NCBI GenBank assembly: GCA_036402055.1 | Contig: DASWTQ010000297.1 | Location: forward strand, 1-59,899 | Length of the DNA: 59,899 nucleotides | Direction: 5' to 3' | From: Herpetosiphonaceae bacterium | Lineage (GTDB): Bacteria > Chloroflexota > Chloroflexia > Chloroflexales > Kallotenuaceae | Shown: in pieces, positions 32,747 through 41,700 of the stretch | Position numbering within the stretch: the stretch's first letter is position 1 | Layout: each line of letters begins with the position of its first letter | Notes under the pieces: generated by a model | What the model was told of the DNA's origin: nothing | The model's input: only the letters and a program-made list of their open reading frames with translations | Databases searched by the model: none | Position numbers and translations under genes: made by a program

Positions 32747-35700
32747 ACGTTGTCCCCCGCCTGCGCATCGGCGAGATACCGGGAGAGCAGCGCTGCGACG
32801 TGTTCCCCGAGCGGCTGCCTGAGCATCGTAAAATGGCTGCCCGGCGCCTGGTGAATAGTGAGTCGGCCCCTGATCCAGTGTCGCCAGCCTCGATCCTCGG
32901 GCACGCGCGGATCGCTGGTTTCCGAGGCGCGAATCAGCAGAACATCCTCCGTGTAGGATTGTGGATGATAGCGCAGCATGGCGTGATAGTTGGTTTTGAA
33001 GATCGTAAACAGATCGCGAATATCGCCGGGATTCAGCGTGGACGGCAGCTTTCCAAGCTGTATCGCCTGCTGTATGCTCGCGTCGAGCTGATCGGCGGGA
33101 TTGTCTGCTGCCGGCGAGTCGCTATCAGGCAGGTCAAGGCCCAGATCCTGAATAAACATCCGCAGCAAATCGGTTTCGTCAACCGACTCAGGAGCAGCCT
33201 GCTCCTCCGGCAGCGGCGCGTAGGTGTCGATCATGGCAACCAGCGTAGCTCGCTCACCGGTGCGACGGAGCTGTTGCGCCATCTCAAGCGCGATCAGCCC
33301 ACCCAGCGACCATCCGCCGAGCAGATACGGCCCGTGCGGAGCGATCTCGCGAATAGCCGCCAGATAAGCGCTTGCCATCTGCTCGATCGTTGTGTGCACG
33401 GTGGTTCCGCCCAGCCCCGAGGATTGCAAACCGTAGATCGGTTGATCGTGCGGCATAAGCTCGACCAGCCGGCTATAGGCCAGCACCTGACCGCCGCCCG
33501 GATGGATCAGGAACAGCGGCGGCCGTGATCCTCGCGTGCGCAGCCCGACTAGCGGTGTAGCCGCAGGTGCTGTCGTGCCGCGCAGCGCCGCCGCCAGCTG
33601 CTCGACGGTCGGGTTTTGCAGCAGGAGCGCCAGTGGAATCTCTTTTTCGAGCGCTGCGCGTAGCTCGTTGACGAGTCGGGCCGCTAGCAGCGAGTGACCG
33701 CCCAGCGCGAAGAAATTGTGAGTCACGCCGATCGGCGCGTGGCCCAGCACGCCCTCCCAGACTGCGACCAGCTGCCGTTCCAGCGCGTCGCGAGGAGCGA
33801 TCAGCGCGCTGGGATCGTCGATCGTCGTGTTGGGTGCGGGCAGCGCCTTGCGGTCGATCTTGCCGCTCGGCGTTTTTGGCAGGGTGGCCAGCTCCACAAA
33901 CAGCGATGGGATCATGTAGTCGGGGAGCTGCGCGCCGACTCGCTGGCGCAAGTCGGCAGAACCTAGAACCGGGTGCCCTCCGGGCGACCTAGAACCAGCT
34001 TCGCTTCCATCCCCTTGGTTCTTAGTTCTCGGTTCTCGGTTCTTAACCACGTACGCTACCAGGTGCTTCTCGCCCTTAGCGTCCTCGCGCACCACCACGA
34101 CGCACTCGTTGATGTCGGGATGCTGGGCCAGCGCGTGTTCGATCTCGCCGGTCTCGATGCGGAAGCCGCGCACTTTGACCTGGTGATCGATCCGCCCGAG
34201 GATTTCCACCGTGCCGTCGTCGCGCCAGCGGCCGAGGTCGCCCGTGCGCACCATGATCTGGCCGTCCTCGAAGGGACAGACCACAAAGCGCTCGGCCGTC
34301 AGCTCCGGGCGGAACAGGTAGCCGCGCGATACGCTCTCACCGGACACACACACCTCGCCCGCGATGCCGATGGGCTGCGGCTGCATGTGATCATCCACGA
34401 TGTAGATGCGATTGTTTTGCAGCGGCCGGCCCACCGTGATCGGCTTGCCCACATCCTCGGCGCGAATCGGCCCCAGAATGTTGATGTCGCTGATCTCGGT
34501 CAGGCCGTAGATATTGATGATCTCGACCGTCGATCCAAACTGGCCAAACACCGACTGAAGCAGGCGCTGCTCGATTTTCTCGCCGCCGATCAGCAGGTAG
34601 CGCAGCGCGTTGGCCGGCTGCTCCGGCGCGACCTCGTTCAGCACCGCCTGCATGTAGGACGGGACGGCATCGAGCAGATGGATCTGTTGATCGTTGAGAT
34701 AGCGCAGCAGCACGCGGCTGTTGAACTTGATCTCGTCCGAGATAATGTGCAGCGTGCGTCCGAAGATCAAGGTTGGGAAGATCTGGTTGACCGAGATGTC
34801 GAAGCTGATCGACGTGATCAGACCCGTGATCTGCACCTGCGGATCGTCAAAGTAGGCGCGCAGGCCATGCACGAGGTTGATCAATCCCTGCTGCTTGACC
34901 ATCACGCCCTTGGGCCGGCCCGTCGAGCCCGACGTGTAGATGATGTAGGCCAGGTGCTCCGGCAGCGCCGTGCGGGCTGGATTCGTCGCCGGATACGCCG
35001 CGAGTCGCTCCCAATCGGCGTCGAGACGGAAGATCTGCGCGGAGTGGTTGGGTAGGTTCCCGACCAGGCGATCTTGAGTCAGGAGCACCGGCGCCTGGCT
35101 GTGGCCAAGCATGTACTGGAGCCGGTCGGCGGGATAGTTGGGATCGAGCGGGACATAGGCGCCGCCCGCCTTGAGGATCGCCAGCATGCCGACGATCATC
35201 TCAAGCCCACGCTCGACCATCAGCGCGACCAGCACATCCGGCCCGACGCCCTGCGCCCGCAGATAATGCGCCAGCTGGTTGGCGCGCGCGTTCAGCTCGG
35301 CATAGCTCAGACTCGCGCCCTCATAGACGATCGCGGCGGTCTCGGGATTGCGCTCCACCTGCGCTTCGATCAGCTGATGCACGGCGGCATCGCGCGGATA
35401 CTCAGCCTCGGAGCGGTTCCAGTCGTGCAATATCTGCTGCTGCTCGGCGGCGCTCAACAGCGGCAGGTCAGTGATCCGCTGCTCCGGGTTGGCGACGATC
35501 GCTTCGAGGAGGCGCTGGAGCTGCTGGCCCATACGGACGATCGTCGCCGCCTCAAACAGATCGGTGCTGTACTCGATCATGCAGGTGAGACCCTGCGGCG
35601 TCTCGTTGATAAACAGCGTGAGATCGAACTTGGAGCTGGTATGCTCCGTGGCGAACTGCTCGACGGATAGTCCGCTAAACGGCGACGCCTGCGTCTCCTG

Positions 35701-38700
35701 GTGCGTCAAGACAAACAACACCTGGAAGAGCGGCGTGCGGCTCAGGTCGCGTGTGGGCTGAAGCTCCTCAACCAGCCGCTCAAACGGCAGCTCCTGATGT
35801 GCGTAGGCGTCGAGCGTCGTCGAGCGCACGCGGCCCAGGAGATCGACAAACGAGAGATCAGCCGCCAGGTCGGTACGCAGCACGAGCGTGTTGAGGAAAA
35901 AGCCCTGCATATGCTCGGTGCCTGGCTGCGCTCGGTTGGCGATCGGCGTGCCGACTGCAATGTCGCGCTGGCCTGTGTAGCGCTTGAGCAACACCTTGAA
36001 CGCGGCCAGATAGGTCATGAACAGCGTCACGCCGAGGCTGCGGCTCAGTTGTTGAACCGCAGCCGCCTGATCTGCGGGCAGCTCAAAGCTATGCAGCGCG
36101 CCACGATAGGTGCTTATGGGCGGGCGGGGATGATCGGCCGGCAGATCGAGATTGGCAAGGCCGTGAAGCTGGTTGGTCCAGTAGGCCAGCTGCTCCGTGA
36201 AGATCCGTCCTTGCATCCAGTCGCGCTGCCAGACCGCAAAGTCGGCATATTGCAGCTCCGGCTCAAGCAGCGGTGACGGCTCGTCGAGGCTGAACGCCTG
36301 GTAGAGCAGGCCCATCTCGTGCTTCAACAGCTCCAGCGACCACATATCCACGATGCTGTGATGCAGCACCAGGATCAAGACGTGTTCATCTTCGGCCAGC
36401 TTAAGCAGCGTCGTCGTGAGCAGCGGCCCGGATGCCAGATCGAAGCATTGCGCGCTCGTCTCCGCGATGATCCGGCGCGCGCGATGCGGCCGTTCTGCGG
36501 CGGCAACATCGGTCAGATCGATCAATCGCAGCGGCAGATCCAGCGCCGGGAGGATCTCCTGGAGCGGCTCTCCATTCTGCATGACATAACGTGTGCGCAG
36601 GATCGTGTGGCGGCGGATCAGCTCGTTGAAGCAGCGCTGCAAGATCACCGCCGAAAGCGGCCCCTGGAGATGCAGCGGCGAGACAACATTGTAGCTGCTG
36701 CTTTCTTCAAGCTGGTGCAAGAACCACAGCCGCTGCTGGCCGAACGAGAGCGGCAGCGGCTCGTCATGCCCGACGGGCCGGATCGGCGGGGCGTCCGCAA
36801 AGCCGGTGTGTCGCGTCTCCGCAATCATAGTGGCAAGACCGGCGATGGTCGGCATATCGAAGAAGCGCCGCAGCGGCACGACAACATCAAAGTGCTCGTG
36901 CACCTGCGTGATCATGCGCATCGCCAGCAGCGAGTGGCCACCCAGCGCGAAGAAATCGTCGGTAATGCCCAGCGCCGGCACTGCCAGCAGCGCGCGCCAG
37001 AGTGCGATCAGACGCTCCTCCAGCTCGTCACGCGGCGCCAGCAGTTCGCGCGCAGGAGCGGACAGACTTTGCGGCTGCAAGCGCCTGGCCTGAAGCAGCG
37101 CCTGCTCCTCGGCGCTCAGGATCGGCAGGCTGAGCACGCCCGCCGCTGGATTCTGCGTAGCCCGAGCCAGCAGCAGCAGAAAGTGGCGGCTGAGCGCGGC
37201 GATCGACTCGGCGTCGAACAGATCGCTGCTGTAGCCGATCAAGCCCTCGGCTCCGTCCGCGCTCTCGGTGATCGCCAGCGTCAGATCGAACTTGGCGCTC
37301 AGATAATCGACCGGCAGCAGGCGCATGGTGAAGGACGGCGTCGCATCGCCCGGCAGCGGCAGCGCCTGGTTGAGAACAAACATGACCTGAAACAACGGCG
37401 TGCGGCTGGGATCGCGTGGCGGATTCAGCGCTTCGACCAGCCGCTCGAACGGCAGATCTTGATGGGCCTGCGCTTCCAGCATCATGCTCTTGACACGCTC
37501 AAGCAACGCCAGCAAGCTGGGATCGTCGGCAAGATCAGTGCGCAGGACCAGCGTGTTGAGGAAGAAGCCGATCAGCGGCTCGGTCTCAGGGTGCGGCCGA
37601 TGCGCGATCGGCGAGCCGACGACGATGTCGGTCTGCGCGGTATAGTGTGCCAGCAGCGCCTGGAAAGCCGCGAGATAGACCATAAAATGCGTGGTGCGTG
37701 TCTGCTGGCTCAGCGCGCGAATCTGGGTAACGATCTGCTGGTCCACCGCGAAACGATGCGCTGCTCCGCGATGGCTCATCACCGACGGACGCGGGCGATC
37801 GGTGGGGAGCGCGAGGGCGCTGGGAAGATTGGCAAGCCGTGCCTGCCAGTAGCTTAGCTGCTGCTCGACGACCTCGTCCCGCAGCTGCTGGCGCTGCCAG
37901 ACGGCATAGTCGGCGTACTGAATCGGCAGCGGCGGCAAGGGCGATTCCCGGCCCTGTCGCAGCGCCTCGTATACGGCGCCCATCTCTTTCATCAACATAT
38001 CGACCGACCAGGCATCCGCGATGATGTGGTGGATGTTGACGATCAGGCGATAGGTCTGCTCGTCGCCGCAGAGCATGGTCACATAGACCAGCGGCCCGGC
38101 CTGTAGATCGAACGTGCGCAGCAGCTCGGCGCGCATCTGCTGCTCGGCGGCGGCCACAAAGGCATCATGCGGACGCTGCTCAAGGTGGATGATCGTCAGC
38201 GGAATGTGCAGCGCTGGCGCAATGATCTGCACCGGCTGCTGGCCGTGCAGGCTAAACGTGGTGCGCAGGATCTCGTGGCGGCGCACGATCTCGTTGAAGC
38301 TGCGCTCCATCAGCGCAAGATCGAGCTGTCCGCGCAGCTCGGCGGCCATGACGACGTTGTAGCCATTGCCCGCGCCGATCTGATCCAGCAGCCACAGGCG
38401 CTGCTGAGCGAAGGAAAGCGGCGGCGCCTCAGCGCCTGCGCGGCGTGGAATAACCTGTGCGGCCTCGCGGCTACCGCGCTGGGCTGCGCCGCGCAGCAGA
38501 CCCTGAAGCAGCGCCTGCTTCTTGGCCGAGAGCTGCTCTTTGCGGGCGGCAACTCGCGCCGAGCGGTTCAGATCGGTCTCCGGCTGCGCAGCTGTCGCCG
38601 CCTCGGCCACTCCCGCTGGTCGCTCCAGCTCCTGGATGATCGCCGCAACCGGCTGATCGGGCGTGGCTGTTACGCGCTCAAGCAGCCAGGTGAAATGCTC

Positions 38701-41700
38701 GACCAGGCGGATCATCGAGGCACGCTCAAAAAGCGCCGTGTTGTACTCGATCAGCCCGGTCAGCCCAGATTGCTGCTCGGTCAGGCTGAACGTTAGATCG
38801 AAGCGGGCGACATCGGCATAGGTGGGCACCAGCTCGATCTCAAGATCCGGCAGCTGAACGCTCTGGCTCAGGCCATTTTGCAAGACGAACATCACCTGCA
38901 CCAGCGGGGGACGTTTGGGATCGCGGCTGGCTCCCAGGCGCTCCACCAGCTTATCAAACGGCACTTCCTGATGATCGTAGGCGGCCAGTGTGGTGCAGCG
39001 AACCTGCTGTACCAGCTGGTGGAAGCTGGGCTGGCCGGTAAAATCGGTGCGGATCACCAGCGTGTTGACGAAGAAGCCGATCAGCCGCTCAAGCGCAGGA
39101 TGTGTCCGGTTCGCGATCGGAATGCCGACTTGCAGTTGATCCGGGTGGTTGGCATACCTGTGCAGCAGGAGCTTAAACGCCGCCAGCAATACCATGAACG
39201 GCGTTGCGTTAGTGGCCTGGCTCAACGACCGGACCCGTTCCACCAGATCCGCCGGAAGCGTAAACTCATAGATCGAGCCGGCAAAGGTCATCTGCGCCGG
39301 CCGTGGATGATCGGTGGGCAGATCCAGCGGTGGCAGCAGTGGTGCTCCCTGTGGCTGAAGCTGAGATTGCCAGTAGGCAAACTGCGGCTCCAGATCGCCG
39401 GCTTCGAGACGCCGGCGCTGCCACTGGCCAAAGTCGGCATACTGGATCTCCAGCTCCGGTAGCCGGGAAGCCAGTTCTGCGGCTGCGGGCTGCGCGTGCT
39501 CCCGGCGAAAAGCGCGATACAAGCTGGTCAGCTCCTGCGACCAAACGCCGACCGACCAGCCATCGGCGCAGATATGATGCACATTCAGCAGCAGCATGTG
39601 CTCATGGGTGCTGAGACGCAGCAGGGTTGCGCGCAGCAGCGGGCCGGTGGCAAGATCAAAGGGCTGATTGGCATCTCGGCGCATTCGGCTGTGCATTTCG
39701 GCCATGCGGGCGGCCGGCTCAAGCGCGCTCAAATCTTCGATCGGCAGACGGCCTGGCTGCGCGGGGTGGATGACGGCCACCGGCTGGCCTTCGATGTCGG
39801 CAAAAGTGGTGCGCAAAACCTCGTGCCGCCTGACGATCTCGCTCAGGCTGTGCTCCAGCGCCGGAATATCGAGATCGCCGCGCAGACGCAGGGCAAACGG
39901 CACGTTATACAGCGCGCTGCCCGGCATCAGCTGATCGAAGAACCAGAGGCGCTGCTGCGCAAACGACAACGGCTCGTGCTTCCGGCGCGGCTGTGGGCTG
40001 AGCGCCGGTCCTCGCTCGATCCGGGGCGCGGCGTCGATCACGGCTGCCAGGTCCGCGATCGTCGGATGTTCAAAGAGCGCCGCGATCGATAGCCCGAGGC
40101 CGTAGCGCTGATTAGCATGCGTGACGATCTGTGTGGCCAGCAGCGAGTGACCGCCGAGCGTGAAGAAATCGTCGTCGACGCTGACCACGGAGACACCCAG
40201 CACCTGCGCCCAGAGCCCTGCCAGATACGACTCGACTGATGTTCGCGGCGCAATAAGTTCGCTGTGACGCGCGGGCAGGTAGTCGGCAGGCGCGGGCAGC
40301 GCTTTACGATCGATTTTGCCGGCGGGAGTCTGCGGCAGCGTTTCAAGCGGGATGTACAGCGCGGGAACCATGTAGTCGGGCAAGGTCTCGCGCAGGGCGG
40401 CACGAATCTGCTGCTCGTCCAGCGTCTGCGCCGGAGCCGGCACCACATAGGCTACCAGTCGCTGATCTGCGGGACGTGGCTCGAACACCGCGACGATCGC
40501 CTGTGAGATGGCGGGTAGCGCCTCAAGCGCGGCCTCGATCTCGCCCAGCTCGATGCGCTGGCCACGAATCTTCACCTGGTGATCCGCTCGTCCGATGAAC
40601 TCAAACGATCCGTCGGCGCGGCGGCGAGCCAGATCGCCGGTTTTGTAGAGCCGTGTGCCGGGAGTAGAGCTGAACGGATCGGCCATAAACTTCTCGGCGG
40701 TGAGATCCGGCCGGTTCAGATAGCCGCGCGCAACGCCCATCCCGCCGATGTACATTTCGCCGATCTCGCCGGCTGGAACTTCCCGCAGCGCCCGATCGAG
40801 CAGATAGATCGCCTGATTGGTGCCCGGATAGCCGATCGGCAGCGGGTCGGGCAGCGGCTGCGCACCAGTCTGCGGCCAGCCCGTCGCGGCGATCGTGGCC
40901 TCCGTGGGACCGTACAGGTTGTACAGCGGGATCGACAGGCGGCGGAAGAACTGCGCCGCAAGCTCAGTCGTGACGGCCTCCGCGCCGGAGTATACCCGCC
41001 GTACGCTGGCAGCGCGCTCGGATAGATCGGGAGCGTCCAGCAGCAGACGCAGCGCCGACGGCACCAGAAAGAGCGTTGTCACCTGCTGCCGGGCGATCAG
41101 ATCAAGCAGGTAGGTCTGATCTTGATGCTTGTCGGGCGGCACGACCACCAGCGCCGCGCCCGCGACCAGCGGCGGGAACAGCTCCAGCACCGAGGCGTCG
41201 AAGCTGATCGGCGCTTTCAGCAGCGCTTTGTCGGCGCTATCCAGCGGGCTGATCTGCGCCAGCCAGGCCAGAAAGTTGCTCAGCGCCCCGTGGCTGATCA
41301 TCACACCTTTGGGGCGGCCGGTTGAGCCCGAGGTATAGATCACGTAGGCCAGGTTGTCGGAAGCGACATCCACGCCGGCTGTGCTGCCGGACGTCACGGG
41401 ATCGGCGGCCAGAGCAGGCGCATCCAGACACAGCACCTTTCCGGCATAGCCCGCCAGCGCGGCGCTGTAGCGCTGCTGAGTCAGCAGCAGTCCGGCCTGC
41501 GAGTCGTGCAGCATAAACTCGACGCGCTCGGCGGGATAGCTCGGCTCGATCGGCAGGTAGGCGCCGCCGGCCTTTAAAATCGCCAGGATCGCCACGATCA
41601 GCTCAGGCGAGCGATCCAGGTAGATGCCCACGATGACCTCAGGCCCGACTCCCGCGCGGCGCAGATGAGTCGCCAGTCGATTCGCCTGATCGTTCAGCTC

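Noticed and set aside
31464-32768. 434-aa ORF in an alternative frame of the same strand as the MFS gene.
   Set aside because: The translation is Arg/Ala/Gly-rich and not membrane-like. The 31442-32746 frame gives a typical 12-TM MFS and couples to the NRPS stop by ATGA.
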